DNA of 64,000 nt from Capsulimonadaceae bacterium (GTDB lineage: Bacteria; Armatimonadota; Armatimonadia; Armatimonadales; Capsulimonadaceae). The notes beneath the pieces were generated by a model. It did not search any database. It worked only from the letters and a program-made list of their open reading frames with translations, and had not been told where the DNA came from. Both the position numbers and the translations under genes were made by a program. The stretch lies in assembly GCA_965215505.1 (NCBI GenBank), contig OZ244065.1, positions 2,976,001 through 3,040,000 of the forward strand, written 5' to 3'. Below, in pieces: positions 49,476 through 58,939 of this stretch (positions within the stretch are counted from its first letter, which is position 1; each line of letters opens with the position of its first letter).

Positions 49476-49523
49476 AGCTAAGAGCGAGCAAAGAACAAGT
49501 AAAGACAAGATCACGGAGACATT

Positions 49524-51125
49524 ATGGCCACAATGACAGAACCCAAGCCGGACCTCGACAACCCCACCCTCGACCCGGACGAGCAGAAGACGGCGGCGGA
49601 CACCGACCGGCTGATCGAGTCTCCCATCCCCCCCTGTACGGTCGTCATCTTCGGGGCGACGGGCGACCTGACCCACCGCAAGCTGATCCCTGCGCTGTTC
49701 TCGCTCGAAGTGCAGGGCCTGCTGCCGGACAAGATGAAGATCGTCGGGTTCGCCCGGCGTGACTTCTCCGACCACTCCTTCCGTGAGGAGCTGCAAAGCT
49801 CGCTCCAGGAGTTCGCGCCGGACTTGTGGAAGGAGTCACCGGACGCCTGGCACAAGTTCGCCCGCCGGGTCGTCTTCCACCGCTCCGACTTCGACAACGC
49901 CCAAGGGTTCGCGTGGCTGAAGGAGCGGCTGGACAAGTTCGATCAGTCCGAGGGGACTCAGGGCAACCGCCTGTTCTATCTCGCCACGCCGCCTACCACC
50001 TACACGACCGTCATCCAGCAGCTCGGCAAGGCTGGCCTGGTCAAGTCCGGCGACGAGAAGGACAGCGCCGGGTTCACGCGCATCATCGTCGAGAAGCCCT
50101 TTGGGTCGGACCTGACGAGCGCGCGCGCTTTGAACGCCGAACTCAAGCAGGTCTTCGACGAGGAGCAGATCTACCGCATTGACCACTACCTCGGGAAAGA
50201 GACGGTTCAGAACATCTTCGTCTTCCGGTTCGCCAACCTCCTGTTCGAGCCGCTGTGGAATTCCAAGTACATAGACAATGTGCAGGTGACGGTCGCCGAA
50301 ACGGTGGGCGTCGAGCAGCGCGCGGGCTACTTCGACAATGCGGGCGAACTGCGCGACATGGTGCAGTCGCACGCCCTCCAGATGCTGGCGCTCATCGCGA
50401 TGGAGCCGCCGAATACGCTGGATGCCCGCGACATCCGCGACGAGAAGGCCAAGGCCCTGCGCGCGATCAAGCCGGTCCTGGATAATGACTGCGAAACGTG
50501 CGTCGTGCGCGGCCAGTACGGGGCGGGCAAGATGGGCGACAAGGACGTGCCGGCGTACCGGGACGAGCCGAACGTCCCCAAGGAGTCGGTCACGGACTCG
50601 TTCGTCGCCCTGAAGCTGGAGATCCAGAACTGGCGCTGGGCCGGCGTCCCCTTCTACGTCCGGGCCGGGAAACGGATGCCGGAGCGCGTCACCGAGGTCA
50701 ACATCACCTTCAAGGACGTGCCCCAGGTCCTGCTGGCGAACGAGGCCGAAGACAACGCCGAGCCGAACGTCATCACGATCCGGGTCCAGCCGAACGAGGG
50801 GATCTCGATGCGGCTGGGTGCCAAACCGCCGGGCCAGAAGACGGTCGTCCGCCCCGTGGACATGCACTTCACCTATGGCACGAGCTTCGGCCAGCGCATT
50901 CACGATGCCTACGAGCGGCTGATCATGGACGCCCTGATCGGCGACGCCGCCCTGTTCACCCGCGACGACGAGGTGGAAGCCGAGTGGGGCCTGATCACGC
51001 CCATCCTGGACCACTGGAAGAAAGCCAAAGCCCCCGAACTGCCGAACTACGCGGCGGGGAGTTGGGGGCCGGAGGCCGCCGACAAGATGGTGACCGATTC
51101 GGGACGCAAGTGGTGGAACCGGTAG
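49524..51125 (+). CDS. zwf: Glucose-6-phosphate dehydrogenase
   Basis: FGATGDL..RKLIP, EKPFG, RIDHYLGKE, RWAGVPFYVRAGK. Confidence 0.97.
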   Translation: MATMTEPKPDLDNPTLDPDEQKTAADTDRLIESPIPPCTVVIFGATGDLTHRKLIPALFSLEVQGLLPDKMKIVGFARRDFSDHSFREELQSSLQEFAPDLWKESPDAWHKFARRVVFHRSDFDNAQGFAWLKERLDKFDQSEGTQGNRLFYLATPPTTYTTVIQQLGKAGLVKSGDEKDSAGFTRIIVEKPFGSDLTSARALNAELKQVFDEEQIYRIDHYLGKETVQNIFVFRFANLLFEPLWNSKYIDNVQVTVAETVGVEQRAGYFDNAGELRDMVQSHALQMLALIAMEPPNTLDARDIRDEKAKALRAIKPVLDNDCETCVVRGQYGAGKMGDKDVPAYRDEPNVPKESVTDSFVALKLEIQNWRWAGVPFYVRAGKRMPERVTEVNITFKDVPQVLLANEAEDNAEPNVITIRVQPNEGISMRLGAKPPGQKTVVRPVDMHFTYGTSFGQRIHDAYERLIMDALIGDAALFTRDDEVEAEWGLITPILDHWKKAKAPELPNYAAGSWGPEAADKMVTDSGRKWWNR

Positions 51126-51136
51126 GCGGTAGATGC

Positions 51137-51174
51137 AGAAGGGCGGCGGGGGTAATCCCCGCCGCCCTTCTTTT
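51137..51174 (+). terminator. Intrinsic terminator after zwf
   Basis: GAAGGGCGGCGGGG...CCCCGCCGCCCTTC-TTTT. Confidence 0.8.
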
Positions 51175-51282
51175 GTGCGTGGGGACAGACCCCCGGCGCG
51201 GACGCCGACCCCGGAGCAACTGCACCCGACTGCCCCCGCAAGCGGGAGAAGGGTGAGGAAAGAGGGGCCGAGGGACGAAGAA

Positions 51283-51341
51283 GGGCGGGGTAAACCCCGC
51301 CCCTACAGGCAATCCCGTAGGGGTAGGGTTCACCCCTACCC
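51283..51341. repeat. Inverted doublet of GTAG-type REPs
   Basis: GGGCGGGGTAAACCCCGCCCCTAC ... GTAGGGGTAGGGTTCACCCCTACCC. Confidence 0.8.
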
Positions 51342-51381
51342 TCTTATCCGCTCACGTCGTCCCCCATGTCGCCCCCTTCCC

Positions 51382-52770
51382 TCACGCCGTCAATCCGCGC
51401 CCACGCCGCCGCGCCCGCAGCACGGCGAAGCCGATGCCGAGCAGGGCCATGACCCCAGCCAGCTCGTAGAGCCACAGCGAGAAGACACTGTCCGCCGCGA
51501 CAGGCGGCGCTTCCTGGTAATGCGCCAAGGTGGTCGGGAGAGAGGGATGCGCGTCCGTCGCCAGCGTCCAGAAGCGCGTCCCAACCGGATAGTGCGGGAC
51601 GAACAGCGAGTCGGGAACATCGTTGAACGCGATGTTCTCGAAACGCCGGCGATGGTTGCCTATCTCCTGCCGACGCCCCAAACCCAGGGCGGCGTATTCA
51701 AACCGCCCCTCGCTCGTGACCCAGAGCGCGCCGACCTTGACGACCCGCCGGGTTTCACGCACCATCTGTAGGGCGAAAGGTGGCCGCCCGTCCGCCACTC
51801 CGGTTTCGGTCTTGACGGACATCCATCCCAGCCTGGGTGCCAGCCATAGCCGTACCGACTCCCCTTGCCCCCAGTGTGTCGTGTTCTCACAGCGCACGAC
51901 GGTCAGAGGGCCGAATTGGGCATCATTAACGGTCCCTTCCACTGTCGGCCTGCCGCGCCGCAGCATGTCGCCGATCCAGACGCCGTCCACTTTGTAGCCG
52001 AATTGTAAGACTTCATCAGGGTCATGCGGCTTGAACCCACCGCCGGGCAGGTAGGCGCTCACCCCATGCGTCTGCCGGGCGCGGGTGCTGCCGATGGGGC
52101 CGTTCCATTCGGTGAGCAGATCACGCATCGTGCGGCCGTCGAAGATCCAGACGTCGTCGGAGTGCCTGGTTTCGTCTGGCTTTGTGCCGTAGCGCTCGTC
52201 CGCGACCTCCCGCGAGTAGTACAGCAAGCCCTTGGAAGCGACTTCATAGGCGTGGGTGAACTCGCCCTCATACTTGCTGCCGTTATAACTGCGGACCGTG
52301 TTACTGCCCTGAAACCGCACCGACTGGATTTGGCGCGCGTAGCCGTCCTGAGCGGCCTGGATCGCTGCCAGCGTTGAAGAGGCGGACGGGGACGGCGTCG
52401 GCGCGGCCTCCTGTTCCATCGGCCTGCTGAGGGCGAAGTACCAGTAGGCGGTATAGCCGACCGTCACGACCAAAAGTGTCAGGGCCACGCACGACGCCGT
52501 TTTGAGCAGCATTGACAGCCAGCGGCGGCGGCGCAGGTGCTGCCGGGACAGCTCGCTGCCGATCTGTTTGGGATCACCGAACTTTTTCATCGCGTCCTCC
52601 ATTGCTTCCGCCGTCGAGACGGTGCGGGCGGCATGGGCCGCTAATCTTTCTAAGTGCTGCCGCAGCTCCTCGCGCGTATCCCGCCGCTCGCGGGCCGGGA
52701 CGAGCCAGAGCCGCCGGCAGATGCGGTCCAAATAGCGGTCCAGGGGCGCGGGGTCAGGCTTTCTGCTCAT
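51382..52770 (-). CDS. HAAS/permease-prefix-domain membrane protein
   Basis: LDRYLDRI...ELRQHL...AMKKFGDPKQIG, TM, extracellular domain, C-terminal TM. Confidence 0.78.
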   Translation of the reverse strand: MSRKPDPAPLDRYLDRICRRLWLVPARERRDTREELRQHLERLAAHAARTVSTAEAMEDAMKKFGDPKQIGSELSRQHLRRRRWLSMLLKTASCVALTLLVVTVGYTAYWYFALSRPMEQEAAPTPSPSASSTLAAIQAAQDGYARQIQSVRFQGSNTVRSYNGSKYEGEFTHAYEVASKGLLYYSREVADERYGTKPDETRHSDDVWIFDGRTMRDLLTEWNGPIGSTRARQTHGVSAYLPGGGFKPHDPDEVLQFGYKVDGVWIGDMLRRGRPTVEGTVNDAQFGPLTVVRCENTTHWGQGESVRLWLAPRLGWMSVKTETGVADGRPPFALQMVRETRRVVKVGALWVTSEGRFEYAALGLGRRQEIGNHRRRFENIAFNDVPDSLFVPHYPVGTRFWTLATDAHPSLPTTLAHYQEAPPVAADSVFSLWLYELAGVMALLGIGFAVLRARRRGRGLTA

Positions 52771-53101
52771 CAGGCCGCCCCCCCAGAATGCCGCTGACGG
52801 CGCGGGCGTAGTCGTGCCACGCCTGGGCCTGCTTCGCCAGTTCTCCCCGGCCCTGCTCGGTCAGCGAGTAAACCTTACGGGCGGGGCCGCTCGGCTGGAT
52901 TTCCCACGCGCCAGCGATGTGCCCCTCCCCTTCCAGGGCGCGGAGGGCGGGGTAGAGCGTCCCCTCGCCGGGCTTCAAGGCGCTGCCGCTGCGCTGCTCG
53001 ATCTCGCGGGCGAGGGCATACCCGTGCTGCGGGCCGTCCGCCAGCACCGCCAGCACCCAGACGGTCGTGCCGCCCTTCTGCGTATCCTGCCGTTTCGCCA
53101 T
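52754..53101 (-). CDS. PadR family regulator
   Basis: HGYALAREI, GTLYPALRALE, RKVYSLTEQG. Confidence 0.92.
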   Translation of the reverse strand: MAKRQDTQKGGTTVWVLAVLADGPQHGYALAREIEQRSGSALKPGEGTLYPALRALEGEGHIAGAWEIQPSGPARKVYSLTEQGRGELAKQAQAWHDYARAVSGILGGRPDEQKA

Positions 53102-53238
53102 GTGTAGCCTCCTATTGACTTCATTATACATCTACTATCGTGGTATGTCAAGCGTGATTTTCGGGGGCGTGCAGGAAAAGGGGGCGGGGGGCGCGAACGT
53201 CTGGGGCAGTTCGCTATTACGACAGGAGACACAGACTC

Positions 53239-53559
53239 ATGCCGACAGTTGCCATCGAGGGCCGGGACGCCTTTGAAGTGGAGGCCGGGAAGAAGCTCGT
53301 CCTCGCCATCGAGGACTCGGGGTACGACATCCTACACCGCTGCGGCGGCATCGCCCGCTGCACCACCTGTAAGGTCCATTTCCTGAGCGGTGAGCCGTCC
53401 GAGATGAACGCCGAGGAGCGGGCGACGCTAGAGGAGGATGGGCTGCTCGGTCAGTACCGCCTATCCTGTCAGGTCCGGGTCAGCGGCGACATGAGCCTGG
53501 ACCCGCCGGACCGCGCGAGCGACCGGGGCATCACGCCGGGGGACCGGCCGGAGGATTAA
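53239..53559 (+). CDS. 2Fe-2S ferredoxin
   Basis: [10 protein letters not shown]...RLSCQ. Confidence 0.9.
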   Translation: MPTVAIEGRDAFEVEAGKKLVLAIEDSGYDILHRCGGIARCTTCKVHFLSGEPSEMNAEERATLEEDGLLGQYRLSCQVRVSGDMSLDPPDRASDRGITPGDRPED

Positions 53560-53588
53560 GCGCGATAGCCCAGAGGGCGCAGAGGGGA

Positions 53589-53653
53589 GGGCAGGGAAAC
53601 CCTGCCCCTACGTTATTCCGATGGGTCCGCGTGGGGGCGGGGTCCCCCCGCCC
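53589..53653. repeat. Inverted doublet of GTAG-type REPs
   Basis: GGGCAGGGAAACCCTGCCCCTAC ... GTGGGGGCGGGGTCCCCCCGCCC. Confidence 0.75.
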
Positions 53654-53702
53654 TCATTGGCCCCTATGCCTTTTCTTCCCGACTGCCCCCAAGAACCAAC
53701 CC

Positions 53703-54779
53703 ATGCCCGAAAACCAAACCGACAAGCGCCTCGGCTTCCTCTATGACCCCATCGTCCTGGACCACAAGCCGCCGGAGGGACACCCCGAGCGGCCCGCCCG
53801 CGTCCGGGACACGTTCGCCCTGCTGGAAGCCGAAGGGATGCTGGACCGCGTAACGCGGCTGCCGGTCACACCCGCGACGCGGGCGCAGATCGAGCGCGTC
53901 CACACGCCCGCCTACCTGGATCGGGTGCAGAGGATCGTCGAGGGGGGCGGGGGGTACTTAGACGCCGGGGATACGGTCGCCTCGGCCGGCTCCTGGCGGG
54001 CGGCGACGGCGGCGGCGGGCGCGGCCATCGGGGCAGTGGAGGCCGTAATGACCGGCGGCATGGACGCGAGCTTCGCGCTCGTCCGCCCGCCCGGACACCA
54101 CGCGCCGCCGGACCGGGCGATGGGCTTTTGCATCCTCAACCACGCCGCCATCGCCGCCTCCCATGCGATCAGCGAACATAAGCTCGCGCGCGTCCTGCTG
54201 GTGGACTTCGACGTCCATCATGGGAACGGGACGCAGGACTGCTTCTACGGCTCGCCCGAAGTGCTGTATTTCTCCAGCCACCAGTCCCCCGCCTACCCCT
54301 TTACCGGCGCGGTGGGGGAGACGGGGGAGGGCGCGGGCCTGGGGTACACGGTCAACATCCCACTGCCCCCGGATGTCGGCGACGCGGGTTTCATGCAGGC
54401 TTACGACGCCGTCCTGAGGCCCCTCGCGGACCGCTTCAAGCCCCAACTGGTCATCGCCTCGGCGGGCTATGACGCCCACTGGCGCAACTCCCGCTATGTG
54501 GCGGGCATCCGGGAGCGCCTGACGGTGCGCGGCCTGGCCGCCCTGTCCCGGTGCCTCCTGGAGATCACTGACGCCCATTGTCCGGGCAAACTGGTCGGCA
54601 TCCTGGAGGGCGGCTACGACCTGGAAGCCCTGGGCTGGGGCGTGCTAGGCAGCCTGCGCGTCTGGCTCGGCGACGCGGACGATGCCATCGAAGACCCCCT
54701 CGGCCCCCCGCCCACATCGGCCCGCGAGCCGGACGTCACGATGCTGCTGGAACAGGTGCGGCGGGCGCATGGGCTTTAG
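53703..54779 (+). CDS. Histone deacetylase family protein
   Basis: [39 protein letters not shown]. Confidence 0.93.
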   Translation: MPENQTDKRLGFLYDPIVLDHKPPEGHPERPARVRDTFALLEAEGMLDRVTRLPVTPATRAQIERVHTPAYLDRVQRIVEGGGGYLDAGDTVASAGSWRAATAAAGAAIGAVEAVMTGGMDASFALVRPPGHHAPPDRAMGFCILNHAAIAASHAISEHKLARVLLVDFDVHHGNGTQDCFYGSPEVLYFSSHQSPAYPFTGAVGETGEGAGLGYTVNIPLPPDVGDAGFMQAYDAVLRPLADRFKPQLVIASAGYDAHWRNSRYVAGIRERLTVRGLAALSRCLLEITDAHCPGKLVGILEGGYDLEALGWGVLGSLRVWLGDADDAIEDPLGPPPTSAREPDVTMLLEQVRRAHGL

Positions 54780-54818
54780 GCGCTCCGATCCCGGCTCACG
54801 AGTGCAGGAGGCAAGATC

Positions 54819-55214
54819 ATGGCGTACAAAGTTTACACCAAGAAGCTGTCGGCCTACGAGAAGAGACTCAAACAGGCGCGGCACGAGAGGAGGCAGGCAA
54901 AGCGACTGCGGACCCTTTCTTTGCAGGAACTGCGTTCGCCGGAGCAGCTTGAGGAAAGGTTTAACGCGGCATTGGCAAGCATGAATGCTCATGTGAGGTC
55001 AATCGTGGAGACAGATCATCCAGAAGCACTCCCGCTGATGAGGGCCGACATGGTTCAAACCGTGAGAAGCTTTTCTGAGGCCGACATGGTGGATACTTTG
55101 AAAGTGGCTATGCGGCAGTGCGACGAAGAGTTGACCGAGCTTTTTTGGGTGTTCGTGTTGGGGTGCAGAACGACGCCCGCTTCCACAGACGCGGCAAGAA
55201 GTGTCGCCCCTTAG
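54819..55214 (+). CDS. Hypothetical protein
   Basis: 131-aa ORF with AGGAGG RBS. Confidence 0.6.
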   Translation: MAYKVYTKKLSAYEKRLKQARHERRQAKRLRTLSLQELRSPEQLEERFNAALASMNAHVRSIVETDHPEALPLMRADMVQTVRSFSEADMVDTLKVAMRQCDEELTELFWVFVLGCRTTPASTDAARSVAP

Positions 55215-55230
55215 CAGGTACAATCCCTCA

Positions 55231-56075
55231 ATGGACCACGACCGCCTCTTTAAAGAACTCCTCACCACTTTCTTCAGTGAGTTCGTAGACCTTTTTCTGC
55301 CCAACGTGAGTGCCGCGCTGGATGGGGACGTCGCGGTCGTGCCGATGGACAAGGAGATCTTCAGCGACGTGACATTGGGCGAGAAGCATGAAGTGGACGT
55401 GCTGATGAAAGCGCGGTTTCAGGGCGAAGATGCGTTCTTTCTTATCCACGTCGAGAACCAAGCAACGGCACAAGCCGACTTCCCCAAGCGGATGTTTCGC
55501 TACTTCGCCCGGCTGACGGAAAGATATAATCTGCCGGTCTACCCGGTCGTCATCTTCTCCTACGATGCGCCTCAGCGGCCGGAGCCGGACCGCTTCGTGG
55601 TGGCGTTTCCGAAAGAAACCGTGCTACAATTCAAGTACCGGGTCATTCAGCTCAACCGGCTCCCGTGGCGGCGGTTTGTCCGGCAGGAAAACCCGGTCGC
55701 CAGCGCGCTCAAGGCGAAAATGAAGATGAGCGCCAAAGACAGGCCGAAGGTGAAAGCGGAGTGCCTGCGGCTGCTGGCAAGCCTCAAACTCGACCCCGCC
55801 CGTACCACGCTGATTGGCGGGTTCGTAGACAGCTATCTGAGACTGACGGCTCAGGAGATGAAGCAATATGAACGCGAATTGGCGCGGTTCACGCCGACGG
55901 AAAGGAACGAAACCATGGAAATAGTGACAAGCTAGCATCGGGAAGGCAGGATGGAAGGCAAAGAATCGTTGGTCATGCGCCAGCTTCGGCGGCGCTTCGG
56001 CGCGGTTTCTGAGGAAGTGACGGCGCGGATTGACCGCCTCTCGGCGGAACAGCTCGACGACCCCGGTGAAGCCTT
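55231..56075 (+). pseudogene. Rpn-family PD-(D/E)XK nuclease/putative transposase with DUF4351 tail, split by TAG and truncated
   Basis: MDHDRLFKELL, IHVENQ, FPKRMFRYF, NPVASAL; MEIVTS*HREG (W expected), then RQLRRRFG...LSAEQLDDPGEAL. Confidence 0.8.
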
Positions 56076-57041
56076 AGCCATCTGGGCCGGGCCGGGCGCG
56101 GCGGGCTTGCCGAACAGCACGAGCGCGTGGGGGACGGGGCGGGAGGGGATGCCGGGCGAGGTGTGGCCGGTGACGAGGATCTTCTTCCCGTAAACCAGGG
56201 ACGTGCTGAAGCCCGAGTCGAGCAGGACGGCCTCCTGGACTTTGGCCGCCGCCAGGGCGCGGGCGAGTTCCTTCGAAGTGGCGACGTAGGTGGTCGCGCC
56301 CAGGGCGAGCCGGCCGTCGGGCATCAGGGCGAAGAAGGCGCGGCGGCGCGGGTCCTCGGCATCGTGGACGTGGAACCCGTCGAGCCGCGCCTGGTCGGCG
56401 GCGACGCCGTCGTGGACCAGCCAGACCCCCCCGAGGAAGGCGTCGGTCAGGCCGGGCAGCAGGGCGGCCAGCGCGGGCTGATCCGCCGTCGCGGAGGGGT
56501 CATACGGCAGGATGCGCGTCCGGCCCGGCGACAGCAGCACGAGCGGCCGGCCCGCAAGCGCGGGGGCGTTGTCCTCGCGGTTGAAGACGGCCTGCGACTC
56601 GTTGCCGCACAGGGACGGCCCGATCAGGACATTGTCCGTCCCCTGCACCCGCGCGTCGGCGAAGAAGGTCCCGTTGACGCCCGCCTGCGCCCCCGCCTGA
56701 CGCACGAGGGCGTCCACCCCGCAGCGCAAGGCCGACCGGCGGGTCTGCGCCACGCCGCCTTCGATCAGGATGAATGGGACCCCTTTTTCGCGGTCCCGTA
56801 TGACAAGAAGCGAGGACTGCGGATTCGCGAGGTCAACGCCGCCGGGCGGCAGCGGCACGGCGGGGATCACGGGCGGTGCGGGCGGCGGATAGTGCGGGCG
56901 GGGGGCCGGGGCGGGCATGAAAAAAGCGACTGCCAATGCAGCCGCGCCCAACGCTATCTTGACATATATCTTAACACGGGACCAGGAAGACGCGGCCCGC
57001 TTACGCTTGCCGGGTTTTGTTCTATTGGTACGGGTGGTCAT
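55932..57041 (-). CDS. Phosphodiester glycosidase (NAGPA/DUF2233) family protein with aberrant C-terminus
   Basis: AGVNGTFF, PRRRAFF, AVLLDSGFSTSL, RPVPHAL. Confidence 0.78.
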   Translation of the reverse strand: MTTRTNRTKPGKRKRAASSWSRVKIYVKIALGAAALAVAFFMPAPAPRPHYPPPAPPVIPAVPLPPGGVDLANPQSSLLVIRDREKGVPFILIEGGVAQTRRSALRCGVDALVRQAGAQAGVNGTFFADARVQGTDNVLIGPSLCGNESQAVFNREDNAPALAGRPLVLLSPGRTRILPYDPSATADQPALAALLPGLTDAFLGGVWLVHDGVAADQARLDGFHVHDAEDPRRRAFFALMPDGRLALGATTYVATSKELARALAAAKVQEAVLLDSGFSTSLVYGKKILVTGHTSPGIPSRPVPHALVLFGKPAAPGPAQMAKASPGSSSCSAERRSIRAVTSSETAPKRRRSWRMTNDSLPSILPSRC

Positions 57042-57048
57042 TAACAGG

Positions 57049-57077
57049 ATTATAACACGGCTGACGACTCTTGTCAA
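57049..57077 (-). promoter_or_regulatory. Consensus leaderless sigma-70 promoter
   Basis: TTGACA-17-TATAAT with ATG 7 nt downstream. Confidence 0.82.
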
Positions 57078-57166
57078 CACCGGCCTACACAACGATGCCG
57101 GACACGGGGGACAGAATCACCGGCACCGGAAGTGCCGGTGGTTCCTGCCCGCCGTGAGTCCCGGCC

Positions 57167-57313
57167 CTACTTCTCGTGGGCACCGATCTTGAAGACCTTG
57201 GTTCCGCACGTCTCGCAGATGCCCTGCGTGGCCGGCTTGCCGTTCTTCATCGTCACGGCCACCGGGTCCTTCACCTCACGCTTTTCCTTACACTTGACGC
57301 AGTATGCTTGCAT
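57167..57313 (-). CDS. DUF5679-like small zinc-ribbon protein (absent from ORF track)
   Basis: Manual translation MQAYCVKCKEKREVKDPVAVTMKNGKPATQGICETCGTKVFKIGAHEK; AGGAGG RBS. Confidence 0.85.
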   Translation of the reverse strand: MQAYCVKCKEKREVKDPVAVTMKNGKPATQGICETCGTKVFKIGAHEK

Positions 57314-57401
57314 GTCATCCGTCCTCCTGCCAGGAGTTATACCCGATTACGCAGGTTCCTGGCAGCGTCAGACGCCACGCGCACCCCTTTATTTCACCGG
57401 G

Positions 57402-57692
57402 TTATCCCTGCCACAGCCATTCCAGTCCGCCGGGGAGGGTCTGCCGCGTTACCCGCCCGTCCACATGCCCCGCCCCCACGGTGAAGACGTGGACCGCCCC
57501 GCGCGGCACAATGGTGGTCGCCGCCGCGCCCGGAGGGGCCGCAGGCGTCGGCGTCTTGACGGCCGCTACGACAAAGGCGGCGAGGCGGAGGCAGCGAGGC
57601 GGAGGCAGCGAGGCGGAGGCAGCGAGGCGGAGGCAGCGAGGCGGAGGCAGCGAGGCGGAGGCAGCGAGGCGGAGGCAGCGTGCGTTCTTCAT
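57402..57692 (-). pseudogene. Probable remnant of a secreted esterase with repeat-expanded leader
   Basis: VPRGAVHVFT joined to GAGHVDGRVTRQTLPGGLEWLWQG (esterase-like ends, from memory). Confidence 0.45.
57580..57680. repeat. 14-bp tandem repeat x7
   Basis: (GCGAGGCGGAGGCA)7. Confidence 0.92.
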
Positions 57693-57785
57693 AGCTCCAC
57701 ACTATACAAAACCGCGGGGGCCGGATTCAAACGCGGAGCGGCCCCCGATCTCGTTTGATTGGGGGCCGCCGTGAACCTCTGAGAA

Positions 57786-58340
57786 CTAAGCTGATTTGAT
57801 TGCGGCTTTGCGCTTGCGGGCGAGGATGGCCAGGCCCAGAAGCCCCAGGCCGGCCACAGCGAACGTCATCAGAGTGGACGGCTCCGGCACCGGTGGGGCG
57901 ATTTTGCGCGTGCCTCTCGCCGCCGACGCGCTGCCGTCTGAGTTAGGGTTAGCCTGCGGGCTGGAGGTGCCGTTGGGGTTGACCGTGATCTCGGCCACCG
58001 AGCCGTCGAGGGCGTTGGTCAGAAGCGGCGTGCTGACCGTCCGACCACTGATGGTGGTCAAGGAGGTCAGGGAGATGCCGAAGGTGAAGGTCTGAGAATA
58101 GTCGTTGAAGCCGGTGCCGTTGGTGACGGTGACCGGCAGGCTGCCGGCGGAGGTAAACCCGCTGATGGTGTCGGTGGCGGCACCGGCAGCGCCGAAGGGG
58201 TTGAACTGGAAGTCCACGTTGCCGGTCGTGCCGCTGAGGGAGCTGGTGTCAATGGTCACCTGGTACTGCGTCTGGGCGGCGGCGGTCGTCGCGAGGCCCA
58301 GGGCGAGCAGGGCGGCGGGGGCGAGAGTGCCTCGGTTCAT
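57786..58340 (-). CDS. PEP-CTERM sorting-domain protein
   Basis: Signal peptide; IDTSSLSGTTGNVDFQFNP; VPEPST-TM-RKRK. Confidence 0.85.
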   Translation of the reverse strand: MNRGTLAPAALLALGLATTAAAQTQYQVTIDTSSLSGTTGNVDFQFNPFGAAGAATDTISGFTSAGSLPVTVTNGTGFNDYSQTFTFGISLTSLTTISGRTVSTPLLTNALDGSVAEITVNPNGTSSPQANPNSDGSASAARGTRKIAPPVPEPSTLMTFAVAGLGLLGLAILARKRKAAIKSA

Positions 58341-58939
58341 GGTTTGTTTTCTTTCGTCCGGTCGTGTGAGTCGCAGGGGCATGGATCGCCATGCCCCTGC
58401 CCATCGCGATGTTCTGCATCCGGCGTCTAGTTCGGCGTGGCTCCGGTTCTTGAGTTTACATCGCGGCTGCCGCCCGCCGTCCCGAGGCGTTGAACAAAGT
58501 GACACCAGGCGTCAGGCTGCTCAGGACTAGGGAGACCAGTGCAAGGAACGGCTGCCAGCCGGTGATGACGATCCCGAGCAGGATCACAAGGGCGGAGGCG
58601 AGGCTGCTGTAGCGCGCGGGTCCGATGTGGCGCATGAGGCGAAGTCTCCGGTAAGGTCTCGCAGCTAACTCGCGTCTGCTCTGCTTCCACAGCTATGGCT
58701 TCCCTCCTGGAGCGCTCAAGGCCGGGCGGGCGTTGAACAGAATGGAAACGGATACGAGGAAGCGGTAGACGAAAGCCCTAGCCACCGAAGGTGGCACCTG
58801 CGCGGAGATCAAGAAAAGAAACCGTGTCCATTATAACACCTATTCATATAAAACAGGCGGAAAGAAGTGTAATTGCTAGAACTATTTTTGCGCGATCGGG
58901 CTGGTCTGATAAAAAGAGTGGGGCAAACAGATAAAAGCG

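Noticed and set aside
58640-58680. c-di-AMP riboswitch suggested by CAGCTAACTC
   Set aside because: Other conserved elements are missing and it is on the wrong strand for the adjacent gene
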